Positions 24,182 through 36,690 of a DNA stretch of 64,000 nucleotides are shown here, in pieces. A model generated the notes under the pieces. That model was not told the origin of the DNA. It was given only the letters and a program-made list of their open reading frames with translations, and searched no databases. The stretch's first letter is position 1; each line of letters opens with the position of its first letter. Where the stretch lies: the NCBI RefSeq assembly GCF_009834535.1, contig NC_045696.1, forward strand, positions 2,110,001 to 2,174,000, in the 5' to 3' direction. The DNA is from Camelus ferus (taxonomy: Eukaryota). Position numbers and translations under genes: made by a program.

Positions 24182-24413
24182 GGCCACAGCTCAGTAGCGC
24201 GTGCAAGGTCCCTCACTGAGAACGGCCGTCCTGGAAGGAGAAGCAGTGGTCAGGGAGTGCCTGGGACCCCAGGAAGAGGGGGTGCAGGCGGAGGAGAAAC
24301 CCACGGTCCTCAAGCCAGAGCCAGACCTGTGCGGCCTGTGAGCCAGCAGCTCACCTGCAACATCCTCTGCATCTGTCCCGTCTACAGTGGCACACGGTAG
24401 ACAGGTGAGCGGA

Positions 24414-24545
24414 CACACACCATTCACACGGGCGTCATGTGCACACGCACACACCATGCCACACCATATACACATACGCCACACCACACACACACATCAC
24501 ATACACACATACACCAGACACACACACACACACTCCCATGCATAC
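24414..24545. repeat. Imperfect (CA)n low-complexity tract
   Basis: Read directly from the sequence. Confidence 0.8.
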
Positions 24546-27139
24546 AAGAAAGGAAGAAAGAAAAGACTAGCAGAAATGTACACAAATATTAATAGTGATT
24601 GTCTCCAGGTAAAGGCATTATGGGTAATTTTTCTTTTCTTTTTTAGCATCTTATTTAAAAGATCAAACCAGCACACCAAATCTCTATAAAAACACTTCAA
24701 CAACAACAACAAAAAAACACTTCAACGAATGTCTTTTAACCCCCGAGCCGTTGTGCACTTTCTTAGCCGAAAACCTTTCATTTTGGCCTCTGACGCAGAA
24801 GCGGGGACCCCAGGACTTAGCCAGCCTCTCCCTTCTCCTCAACACCGGTTTCCTGGCTTCAAAGGCAAAGCCAGAAGCTGGCCTTGCCTGGCGGTGCCTG
24901 CCCTGTGCGCTGCCCTGAGCCCCTTGTGTGGACAGAAGCAGGCGGGCAGTGGGGGTCATGCCCCGGCACCATCGAGCAGGCCTGGTGACATCCCAGTGGC
25001 CGCCCGCCACCAGCCCCACCCTGGGTCCTTGGGAGAGGTGACCACACGCTCTCCTTGGTGCTGCAGGGGGAGCGGGCTCTGGAGGCTTCCAGGTGCGCCA
25101 CACCGAGCACACGGTGGCACGAGGGACCTGGCTGCCCCCCACCCGAGGTGCCCGTGCCCGGAGAGGCCCAACTGTGCCAGCAACAAGGCCAGTGACTCCC
25201 GGGGCTGAGTTGTAGGCAGGACGCCCCCTGCCTGCCCCAGGCCCCAGCGGCCATGGAAGGAGGATGCCCTGGAGGACATGGGAGGGGCTGAGACCCGGCC
25301 TGGGCCTGGGAGCCTCCGGGAGGCAGCCCTTCAGACGGGATGCACGTGAGGTGTCTCTGCCGCTACACGGTGGGTCACAAGAGCGTCAACGCAGAAAGCG
25401 AACCATTACTCTGGTGAGTCAGCTGACTGGGCGCCCACCCGGGATGCAGCACCGCAGGGGCCACTCCCAAGCCCCCCAGGCCCCGGCACCCTGTCGCCGC
25501 CCCTCTTCGACGGGCGAGCAAGGGAAGCCCAGAGGCTAAGTGGCTTGTTCAGGGCCACACAGCACAGAGTGGGAGGGCTGGACTCCGATTCCGGTGAGGA
25601 GACCCGAGTCCACACTCCTTTGCGGGCCCTCCGTGGGCGGGGACCCTCTGTAAACAGAGTGTCACACACGTCAGCCAGGTCCGGCCGAGGCCCGCTTCCT
25701 TCTGGGACTAGAGACAATGGCTTTGACCAGACCTGACGATGCCGCCCGGCCTCTGGCCCCCGACCTGCACCTGGCAGGCTCTCTGCACCCCCGCACCATT
25801 CCACGTCAGGCACAGGGCTTCACCAGGTAGGCCACAATTACCAGGGTCCCCAGAAAGCCAGCTCAAGGATTGGCCCATCAGCTGTGACGTTGTTAGAAGC
25901 AGATTCCATCATTAGGGCACCAGGTACAAGACTGACAGAGAGCCAGCTTCATCGAGGCCAGATCCACACACGCGCACAGAGGGACGACCGCTGCCCCAGC
26001 TAGACAAAGCAGCTCCACCGCCCCTGCCCAGTCCACGCCCCCGCCCCCCGCCCCCCGCAGCACCTCTCAGCTTTCTGATGGCAGATCCGTCTTCCTTTCC
26101 TAGAGGGGCACAGAAGCAGGGGCACGTGGGGTCTGCCCCACGGGCCCAGCACGGAGCCGAGGCCCAGCCGCACAGCGCGCTCTCCCGTGACACGGGCGTG
26201 GGGTCCAGCGGGGCTAATGTGAGCCCTGGCAAGGGCTCCTGGCCTGGTGTGGGCTGGCCGGGGCCCAGAAGCTCAGTTCTGACCGCCAGCCTTCTTCATG
26301 ACCCAGTCAGGTTCACTACCTGCTGGTCCAGGAGCAAGCGGGAGCCAAGCCTGACAGGACTCCTTCACGGGTGGCCTTGGCCCTTGGCGGTATATCTCTG
26401 CTGGAGCAAATGCTCCCACGTTACCTGGGGCCATAATGACCTGCTGTCTGCTCCAGGCGGTGACAGGCAGGTTGAGATGGAAGATGAACATCTGGGCAGA
26501 CCCTGCCGCTGTCTGCCGACCCCCCCCCCACCAACCAACCCCTGCCCCAGGCGCGAGCCTGGCGGGGGCTCCTGGCTGCGGCCGTCCTCCCTGCTGCGGA
26601 CCACCTGCCGGGGTTGTCAGTCCACCCTCCATGCCCAGAGGTGGGTGTGACTTCACTGCTCCCTGGGGCAGACTCCTTCCCAAGGGACGCCAGCGGCTGC
26701 AGTCCAGGGCCCCTCCCACCTGCCCTCCCCCACAGAGCACCCAGAGTCCATCATCTGCTTGGACATGGCTGTCACTTGGCCCCCTACGTCTGGTGCAGTG
26801 GGGTCTGCCTACTGTGATAACACATCAGTCGCACGCGCTAACTGGGAGGCCCTTCACCAATGGCAGGCCAACCAGCACCCCTGCAGAGGGCGGTGGTAGG
26901 AAGACGCCCCGCTCCCCCCCACTCTCCCCAGCTCCCTCAAGGCCTGCAGACCCGCAGGTGGGAAAGCATTGGCTCAGAGCCCTCAAGAGCACTGGCTTGT
27001 GTACACCCCTTCAAAAAAGTATTTTTAAATTATGTATCACCAGACAATTTTAAGTTGATTTCTATATTTTTAAACCCAAGTTTAAATATGCAAGGGGTAT
27101 AAATTCTGGCATTTCGGGAAGTTTTACTTTTCAAATATA

Positions 27140-27223
27140 CAGATCTTTCTTGACTTACAATGGGACTACATCTGGATAAACTCATTACAAGTTGAAAATA
27201 TTGTAAAGTTGAAATGCATTTAA
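27140..27223 (+). mobile_element. TcMar-Tigger DNA transposon fragment (MER47-like left end)
   Basis: ta|cagatctttcttgacttacaatgggactacatctggataaactcattacaagttgaaaatattgtaaagttgaaatgcatttaa resembles the recalled MER47 terminus and follows a TA target. Confidence 0.65.
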
Positions 27224-27477
27224 CATGAGTCCCAGAGAGGATGGGAGGCCCGGGAGCCCCAGCTGGACCCTCCTCCCAGCTCTGGTTCTGACACTGTCCC
27301 TCCAGGGGCTTCTGCTGCAAACTCTGAGCCCATGGATCCTGTTGCCACGTTGCTGGGGGCTCAGGGCCGGGGGTGAGGGAAGAGCTGGGACCCGAGCCCC
27401 GTGGAATCACTGACCATCACCCCTGTGCCGGGCGTGGCTCTGCCCTGGCTGCTCCCAGCCTTAACTCGAGCACTTCT

Positions 27478-27800
27478 TGTTAGGGGTGAACTGTGCTCCC
27501 TCAAAAGGGTATGTTGGGGTCCAGTACCTCGGAGTGAGGCCTCCACAATGGGGTCAAGTTCAGCGGGGCCGTCAGGGCGGCTCTGCTCCAACCTGCCCGG
27601 CCTCCTTGTGAGAAGGGGTGAGGATGCAGACCTGCAGGGAGGGAGGGCCCCATGAGGACACAGAGGCGGCGGCACCCGCAAGTGGACACGTGCACCCCCC
27701 TCAGAAGGACCGGCCCTGCCGACACCCCGGTCTCAGGCGTCCGGCCCCCAGGGCTGAGAGAAGCAATGTCTGTGTAAGCCCCCAGCCTGTGGGGCCGAGG
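27478..27800 (+). mobile_element. ERVL-MaLR solo LTR remnant (MLT1B/C-like)
   Basis: Starts 'tgttaggggtgaactgtgctccctcaaaa..tatgttgg' and contains 'tcagaaggaccggccctgccgacacc' and 'ctgtgtaagcccccagcctgtgg'. Confidence 0.6.
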
Positions 27801-28769
27801 CACGGCCCCTGGAGGATGAGCACACCTCTCACCAAGATACAGGCCTTGCTCCCGGGTCCCGCAACCCTGGATGTGCACAGGCCCCCCCAGCCACGTCCCG
27901 CCGCCCGAGACCCGGGGCCTGCCACGACCCTGGCCCAGCCTCGCCCTGCTCAAGGGCGGGCTCCTCAGCCCCTGCCCGGCCTCAGGGCCCACTGCCAGAC
28001 GCCCGCAGGACTCGCTCTCCCTGGCATTGGTCCCTTTGTCCCTCTTCCTCAAAAACTAGCCTCCAGTCAGATACTCTGACCTTCAGATCTCCTTCCCAGG
28101 CACCCCTCATCTTTGCCAAAACCCCACCCTTCCAAGAGTCTTTCCATAGAAACGGAAGTTGAGGTTGAGGGCCTGCCATCCTCCCCACACCCAGAGTGGC
28201 GGCCAGGCCCCTCTGTTCCTTCGTTCCAGGTAGAGAAGGCCACGGCCCTCTGCACGTGGAAGACTGCTGCCTCACTGACACACAGGGCCCGTATCAGTCC
28301 CCCCAGCCTCCGCCGACGGGGTCTAATCATACACCTCGGGGAGCAGCGCCCGACCTGGGCTGCCCCCTCAGCCTGCAACAGCAGGCCCTGCCCCACAGCC
28401 GGGCGTCCGAACCTGCACTGGAGCAGGAACTGGCCAGCCCTGGGGACACTGCTTCAGTGGACCTGCTGCCCTGGTTCCTGAGACCCAAGGCCAAGGCATG
28501 GTCACTGACAGCAACTCCAGGACCAGTCACCCCTCGGAGCTGCGGTCACAGCCGGCAGCTCACCCTGCCCTGTCGGAGCGTGTCTCCTGAGCAACTGCCC
28601 TTGTGCACACAGTGCCGGTGAAGGGAGAAGACACTACATATGCCGAAAGTGCTCGCTTCGGATGTTCCAGCTGGGAAGTCTGGGTTAGGATTAAAAAGAA
28701 GTGTTCAGTTACATGTGACCCAAACTCAAAGTCCATAATGCAGGAAAACCGAGGAATGGATGTCGCCTT

Positions 28770-29300
28770 CCTTCCTTCCTTCCTTCCTTCCTTCCCCTCC
28801 TCTGCCTCGCTCACCGACCTACCTGTCCATCCACCCACCCACCCATCCATTCACCCTTCCTTCCACCTACCCACCCACCCACCTTGCCCATCCAACCACC
28901 CACTCATCCTCTTTCCACCCACCCACTCACCCCTTTCCATCCACCTGCCCAGCGATCCGCTCACTCATCCATCCATCCATCCACCCATCCACCCACCCAT
29001 CCACCCATCCATCCACCCACCCACCCATCCATCCATCCACCCATCCATCCATCCACCCATCCATCCATCCATCCACCATCCATCCACCATCATCCATCCA
29101 CCCATCCATCCACCCATCCATCCACCCACCCATCCATCCATCCATCCACCCATCCATCCACCCATCCGTCCATCCACCCATCCATCCACCCATCCATCCA
29201 CCCACCCGTCCATCCATCCACCCATCCACCCATCCATCCACCCACCCATCCATGCACCCACCCATCCATCCATCCATCCACCCACCCATCCACCCATCCC
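28770..29300. repeat. (CCTT)n followed by a long degenerate (CCAT/CCAC)n microsatellite
   Basis: Read directly; it generates the HPSI and MDGW repeat ORFs in the track. Confidence 0.95.
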
Positions 29301-32300
29301 ATATTTGAGTGTCTACGTGTGCAGCAAGCAGAGCTGACCTGGTCTGCTAGGAGGCAGCAGAGCGGCAAGGCTGTGCTGGCTGGCTGCACTGGGGGAACAT
29401 ACTGGGACAAGCCCTAGGTTTCTGTTCTGCTGTGGATAGTTTTGCTGTTGCTGAGCCAGGAGATACTGGAGGAGAAAGTCTGTGAACAGGACTGACTATT
29501 GGGAACATAGGGCAGTAGAGACATAATCTTATCTCAAGCATTTTAAAAGCATCTTAAGATAATTCAGGTGTCAATGGCTCCTGTTCAGAACACAGCCAAG
29601 AACGGGAACAAGCCCCCAGCACTCCCTGAGCAGCCAGCTGGGGTCAGGGGGCAAGCACACCTCACACGGTAGCGTTCTCAGCTCCTAGACAGGTTCTTCC
29701 TCACTCTTGCTTTCAACACAGCTCGGACAAGCGGGACTGGGTGGTCTCCTGGCTCACAGCCAATCTGAAGCGCCAGATGAGAAAAGTCAGGGTGGGGGGC
29801 GCTGGAGGCAGACATCCTGCTGACGCAGCCTGAGGACAGAGGCAAGCCCGGGACCTGAGGCTGCGCCACCACGGGGCATCGGGCGTGGGGGCAGCTCTGC
29901 AGACCCAGTGCCCGCGGTGACATCACGGGTGAGAACATAATGCAGTGATTGTTGTCCCGCCAACCTCACCCGGCGCCGACGGTGCGCCATGCTCACCGGT
30001 GCTGGAGACGGCGGGGAGCCGGGAAGGTATTCCCATGAGTCGAAGAAAAATTTTAGAGTAGACACACACAGTCCTATCTGGAGGTTTAAAGAGTCTAGCG
30101 TCAGTTCTTGGGTAAATTCACTTACAGGGACTATCTCAGCTTTCAGTAAGGTTGAAAAATATGATGTATTTTTGTGCTAATAATGATCCATTGCTGGTCC
30201 GACCTCAACAGCGTTTGAAGTTGCCAAGACGTCTGAGAAGCGACAACGGGGAGTAAGAGCATCACCGTTCACCGCGGGTGGGTTTGTGTTACATAAACCC
30301 AGGGGCATCCACTGCAACTGAAATGCTGCTATAAACAGTAAGAGATTCCAGTACTGTTGAAAGGAGTAAAATTGATAGAATTTACAGGAGTCAATATTCT
30401 AATAATGTTCAATGAGTGGTTCCACCTGAAGTAATTAGGAGGGGCTAAGACAATAGAAAGATTTCTTTCTTTCTGACTTAATGGATCCAGGTCACTGGCC
30501 CCAGATGGTCACTTGGGACAGCGGAGGAGTTCAGGAAGCCGGGCAGTGAGGACGTGGGGGCCCCCAGCAGCCTGGCAGCTGGCCCCTGGGGTCACCTGGG
30601 GACGACTGACTGTCCTGTGCGTTTGTCTTAAGGCCAGCCTGCACTTCAGCTGCGTCACACATGGTGACAATAAACAGAACACGAAGTCGACCTAAAACCA
30701 CTGCTGGGCTCATGAAGCTCTTCTGGCGTTAACCTCTCTCAACCGCCATGAAATGCCCATCAGAACGGCCCCTCCAGGCCTCCCTCACAAAACCCCCTCA
30801 TAGGAGAGTCCTGCTCAACCTCTGGGAGGGGAGGGGACCCCCAGCCCCAGACCTAAGCCAGAGAGGTAGTAACTCCACGCCCAGTTTGAGCGACCGATGC
30901 AGGGTAGGCACGTGGCCCAGTCCCAGGCACTGGGCCACCCAGGGCTCCCAGGAGGCGTCTGCTTCCCTAACACCCAGGACAAATCCCCCTGGCACAGCCC
31001 CTCACTCTTCTGCCTCCTTGAGTGAGGAAGGGGCGTCTGCGGCAGCCCCCTTAGAAGCGTGGAGGGACCCACACTGCGAGCAGAGGGGGAAGACCCCGGG
31101 TCCTTGTGGGCATCGGTGTGTGGCTGAAACCACGCCAGCAACTGCCCCTCAAGAGGCCGGGGGGACCAGAGCTCACCATTTCTATCCCCTGGGCCCATCA
31201 GTTCTGTTCCTCTCACTCCCGTGGGCCTGGTGCCCAACACACGGCTGCTCCATCTAAGTTCGCTACACGGATGCTCAGATTTACTACATACACTTGTGAT
31301 CATGGTGGCGTGCCTTCCTAATCTCGTGCCACTCCCACATGCGTGTGGCCGTCTCCGTGCAAAGCTTCCTGAAAGAGCAGCGTGACAGGACAGCCCGTGC
31401 AGCCCTTGGCCGGACGGTCTCATGGGGACTCTCCAGACCCTGCCAAGCTCCCCTCAGGCCAGTGGGGTAGGGCTGGGGACTGCACAGGCTGGAGGGAGAA
31501 AGGACTCAGCAGAGGAAGCTGCCCGTCCTTGCAGCCCCCACCAGGGACGGCCGGGGCAAGGCCCCAGCCAGCAAAGGTCAGGCAAGGAACTGGCTGCCCG
31601 GGCCAAAGGGCGGGGGTCACACACGGCCTGCACCCACCCTGACCGCAGGCTGCTGGAGGAGTCATGTGTATCAAAGGGTCCCTGGGTCCCAGACCACCTC
31701 TGAAGGAGGTCAGAACCCCGCCTCGCCACTGCCAGTTGCTACGAGAAAGCCTGGGAACCACAGGCCAAGGACAGGGGTGGTGAAGTGGCACCGTTTCCCC
31801 GGGGAGGAGGGTCTGCTTCCACCGTGGAAATGGAGCACCCTGGTGGGAGGGAGGGCCGGCGGGCAAGCCGACAGGGCAGGCGGACCCTCAGAGACGAGGG
31901 CCCCACTGCCCACATGCCCCAGTTCTCTGAGCTCCAGAATCTTTTGTCCTTCCAAGGTGGTGGTGATGGTTTTACTGGCCTGAGCAGCAGTGACCCTTGT
32001 GGTGGGGGTGGGAGGGATGGGAAGGGCTTCCAGGGACCGGTGACAAGCCTCCGGGCCCGAGGACTCAGCGGGCACCCCTCACACTGGGGCGGCGGCCAGT
32101 GGCACACACAGGCAGGCACACGTGCGCACACATGCACACGCCCCCACACGACAGGCGCGACTAAGTTGCCTCGGATGTAGTTTTGTGACAATGATCCGCC
32201 CTCTATAATAGTGACATTTTACTTAGAGAAACAGGTGGATGTTTGCTTTCTAAATATTCAATAAACTGGCTGTTAATGGACTTTTCAACATGGACAATAC

Positions 32301-32870
32301 ACTTCACAACTTAAAATGTCACATTGAGCCCTGGTTTCCCCTTGGGAATGGTTGTCACTCTGGCCCTGCAACAGGATAAAACCAGACAAACTGCAAGCTG
32401 ACCACTTCTCTTGGCCCCATGGGGGATCTGATATCACAGGACAATTAACAAAAAATCTGGGGTGAGGCGGGTGCCTGCAGTGGTGTGGGATGGAGCCCTC
32501 AGCTCCCTATGGCAGACACCGAGGGAGGAGCTGTTCGGAGGAGCTGAGAGCCGGGGGAAACTGCACATCTGGGGAGAGTGTGAGGTCCCACAGCTGCTGG
32601 GGGGGGGGGCTCACCCTCCTGCAGGCTTTCTCTCCATGACCCCCACCCCAACCCAGCATGACAGGGACGCCTGGGGGAGCGTGGGGACAGCGTCTCCACC
32701 ACAAACTCCAGAATCTGTTGGTGTTTAACAGTGCTTTTTAATGAGACACAAACCTCAAAGGATGAACAAGGACATTCATAAAGATTTAAAATGTCACATT
32801 TGCCATTAAAGAGGCACCAGAAGTCACATACTTAAAAAATAAGATTTTATGCAAAGTAAAACTACAATGA

Positions 32871-35800
32871 GGGAGAGAAGCAAGATGGTGGAGTAGAAGG
32901 ACACTCGTAGCTCACCCTCTCCCACAAATACACCAAAACTCACATCTATGGACCCACTCAGCCAACCAGAGCACCTGCCAAACTCCAACAGAACATCGCC
33001 CTCCTCGAAAGACAAAGACACCAAAAATCTGGGAGGAGAAAAGGAAAAAAGAAAGAAAAAAAAAGCAAAACAGTGCGGGACGGGTCCCGCGGGGAGGGAG
33101 CGGTAGAGGAGGACTGGCGCTCACTGGCTGGGTCTCTCCTCTCCAACGCAGAGGCCAGCGGGACGGAGGGGGAGCCCCCTGAGGCTCAGATCTGCCCCTG
33201 AGCACCCCTTGACCGACAGAACTGAGTTAAATGGGCACAGAGGGTCCCCACGACACCCAGCCCGAGACGCGGGCCGGCAGTGGGGCGGGGCCAGGCCGCC
33301 GGAGCCGGGTGGAGGACCGGGGTGGCTGCGCTGAGGCATCCCCAGGGGACTGCAGGGGGCTGCGCGCCATAGCCAGGAGGAGACACGGAGCAGAACAACC
33401 TCGGTCCCCCATAAATTGCGAAAAAAGCAAAGCAACACGGCTGGTGTGCCCTGGGGGGAGGGGCGCTGTAGCCTTTGTCTCCTCAGACCCGCGCCGCCAT
33501 TACCAGCACTTCTCGCAAGAAGAGAGGCGGGGCGCGGCCACGGCCACTGTCTCCTCCTGCGGGGGGGGGGGGGGGGCGGGCCCTGAAGCTGCACCCCGGG
33601 GGCTCCGGGGCCTCCTGGGCTGGACTGAGACTTGTTCACAGCCCCAGGCACATTGGATCTTTCTGCCCTGGCACCTCAGAGACCTCGCACCGCCAAGACA
33701 AACAAGGAGCTGCGATTTGGCACGGAGCAGGGGCGGGGCCATTCCGCGGTCTTCCCCGAGCCCGCCTTCGGGTCGCTGAAGTAGCGGAGCGACCGGCGCT
33801 GGGAGAGGGCGGGTGGTCACCCGCCCTCCTGGCAGGAACGCAGCACCTGACCATGGTGCTGGGAGGGGGCGTGATCCGCCCACCTGCCTCGCCTGAGCAC
33901 AGCATCTGACTGCGGCATCGGGAGGGGGAGTGACCCGCCTGCCCACCAGGTAAGAGCTCAGCACCTGACCCAGTGTTAGGAGGGGGCGCGATCTGCTAGC
34001 CGACAGCCACTGGGAGCAGCACAGATGAGGGCGCCAACAAAGAGCCTCTGGAAACAGCAAGCTGAGTTCATGAAATACTGCGAATACACAAAGATCTCTC
34101 AGTAAAATCATTAAGAGCACACTGTCTCCAGGAGAACTAGATAACTGATACTCCTTAAGCCACAGTGCCAGAGAGATATAAGCAATATGGACAAGCAGAG
34201 GAACCACTCCCAAATAAAAGATCAAGAGAAATCCCCTGAAAGCACGATCAAGGAAATAGACATTGATGGCCTACTAGATCAAGATTTCGAAAAAGGAGTG
34301 ATCAGAGTACTGAAGGAACTAAAAGAAATAGTGTTTAGAGATACAAAATATGTCAAAACTGAAATAGAAGCTATAAAGAAGAACCAAGTAGAACTAGTAA
34401 ACTCATTTGCTGAGATGAGAGCTGACCTAAAGGCTGTACAAAGCAGGCTAGATAATGCAAATGAACAAATAAGTGACCTATTAGGACAACAGAAAGCACC
34501 CAATCAGAACAGCTGAGAGAAAAACAAATAAAAGATAATGAAAACAATATAAGGGACATATGGGATAATATAAAGCGTGCCAATCTATGCATAACAGGGG
34601 TTCCAGAAGGGGAAGAAAGAACAAAGGGGATTGAAAAGGTATTTGAAGAAATCATGACTGAAAACTTCCCGAACCTAAAGAAGGAATCAGATATCCAAGT
34701 GCAGGAGGCTCAGAGTGTCCCAAACAGGAAGAACCCAAACAGACCCACACCAAGACATATTATAATCAAGATGGCCAGAGTCAAGATAAAGAAATGATTC
34801 TAAAGGCAGCAAGAGAAAAGCAAAGAGTAAGTTACAAGGGAACCCCCATAAGGCTCTCAGCTGATTTCTCTACACAAACACTACAGGCCAGAAGGGAGTG
34901 GCAAGATATATTCAAAGTCCTGAATGAAAAAAAGATGCAGCCTAGGATACTCTATCCAGCAAGGCTATCCTTTAGAATAGAAGGAGAAATAAAGAACTTC
35001 ACAAACAAGCAAAAACTAAAAGAGTTTAGCAACACTAAACCCATGCTAAAAGAAATATTGACAGGTTTACTCTAAATAGAAAAGAAGCAGGATGCTACAA
35101 AAATTAGAAATTCATAACTGGAAAGGAGATAACTGCCATGAATTACAAATAGAATAAACACAAAATTGTAAAAGAAGACATCTAAGTCATTAAGAGTGGG
35201 GGAGGGAAGCAAGGAAAACCACTGTGGAAAAGAGTATGGAGATTCCTCAAAAGACTAGGAATAGACTTACCATGTGACCCAGGAATCCCGCTCCTGGGCA
35301 TAAATCCAGAAGGAACCCTACTTCAAAACGACACCTGCACCCCAATGTTCACAGCAGCACTATTTACAATAGCCAAGACATGGAAGCAGCCTAAATGTCC
35401 ATCAGCAGATGACTGAATAAAGAAGAGGTGGTATATTTATACAATGGAATACTATTCAGCCACAAAAACCGACAACATAACGCCATTTGCAGCAACATGG
35501 ATGTTCCTGGAGAATGTCATTCTAAGTGAAGTAAGCCAGAAAGAGAAAGAAAAATACCATATGAGATCGCTCATATGTGGAATCTAAAAGAAAAAAAAAA
35601 ACATAAATACAAAACAGAAACAGACTCATAGACATAGAATACAAACTTGTGGTTGCCAAGGGGGCAGGGGGTGGGAAGGGACAGACTGGGATTTTAAAAT
35701 GCAGAATAGATAAACAAGATTATACTGTATAGCACAGGGAAATATATACAAGATCTTATGGTAGCTCACAGTAAAAAAAATAAATGTGACAATGAGTATA

Positions 35801-35915
35801 TATATGTTCATATACAGCTGAAAACTTGTGCTCTACGCTAGAATTTGACACAGCATTGTAAAATGACTATTACTCAATAAAAAAATGTAAAGAGAAAATA
35901 AATAAATCAAATAAA
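32871..35915 (+). mobile_element. LINE-1 with 5'UTR, ORF1 and 3' end but lacking nearly all of ORF2 (~3 kb)
   Basis: Start gggagagaagcaagatggtgg (YY1-like CAAGATGG), CpG-rich 5'UTR to 34186, ORF1 34187-35075, ORF2 C-terminal remnant 35219-35587, 3'UTR, AATAAA 35876-35881 and an A-rich tail. Confidence 0.9.
34187..35075 (+). pseudogene. L1 ORF1p, frameshifted
   Basis: MDKQRNHSQIKDQEKSPE...coiled coil; then WDNIKRANLCITGVPEGEE...ENFPNL...PRHIIIKM; then ILKAAREKQRVSYKGTPIRLSADFSTQTLQARREW...ILYPARLSF...LL*. Frameshifts near 34480 and 34785. Confidence 0.92.
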
Positions 35916-35934
35916 CACGATCACCAGTTTAAAA

Positions 35935-36690
35935 ACAAAGTCTACAAATAAATGCTGGAGAGGGTGGAGAGAGGAGGCCCTCCCACACTGCTGGGGGGAA
36001 TGCAAACTGGTGCAGCCACGTGGGGGACAGTATGGAGGTTCCTTAAAAGACTGAAAACAGACGTACCCTATGATTCAGTCATCCCACTCCTGCACATGTA
36101 ACTGGAGGAAACTCTGATAGACACATACTTCCCAGTGCTCACAGCAGCACTGCATACAACAGCCAAGACATGGAAACAACCTAAATGTCCATCCACAGAT
36201 GACTGGGTAAAGAAGCTGTGGTGTATGGACACAATGGCATTCTACTCAGCCATAAAAAAGAATAAAATAATGCCATCTGCTGCAACAAGGACCTGGAGAT
36301 GGTCATACTAAGTGAAGTAAGACAGAAAGACAAATACCATATGGTGTCAATTTATGTGGAATCTAAACTATGACACAAATGAACTTATTTATGAAACAGA
36401 AACAGATTCACAGACGTAGAAAACAAGTTTATGGTTACTAAAGGGGATAGGGGTGGGGAGGGATAAATTAGGAGTTTGGGATTAGCAGATTAAAAACTAC
36501 TATATATAGACTAGATAAACAAGGTCCTGCTGTCCAGCACAGGGAGCCATATTCAATATCTTGTAATAAACCATAGTGGAAAAGAATCTGAAAACGAGTA
36601 TGTATATATGACTGAACCACCCTGCTGTATACCAGAAACTAACACAACATTGTAAATCAACTACATTTTTTAAAATAGATTTTAAAAAAG
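35935..36690 (+). mobile_element. Older 5'-truncated LINE-1 3' fragment
   Basis: ORF2 C-terminal sequence (aaatgctggagaggg...aaacaacctaaatgtcc...agtgaagtaag) and a 3'UTR that is largely the reverse complement of 21577-22401. Confidence 0.9.

Noticed and set aside
28603..29417. His/Pro-rich and Trp/Met/Gly-rich ORFs in several frames
   Set aside because: Translations of the (CCAT)n microsatellite, which has no stop codons on either strand.
33500..34225. 241-aa antisense ORF in the L1 5'UTR (ORF0-like?)
   Set aside because: TTG start, GC-rich context and no recognisable similarity. It would need conservation across L1 copies to be credible.
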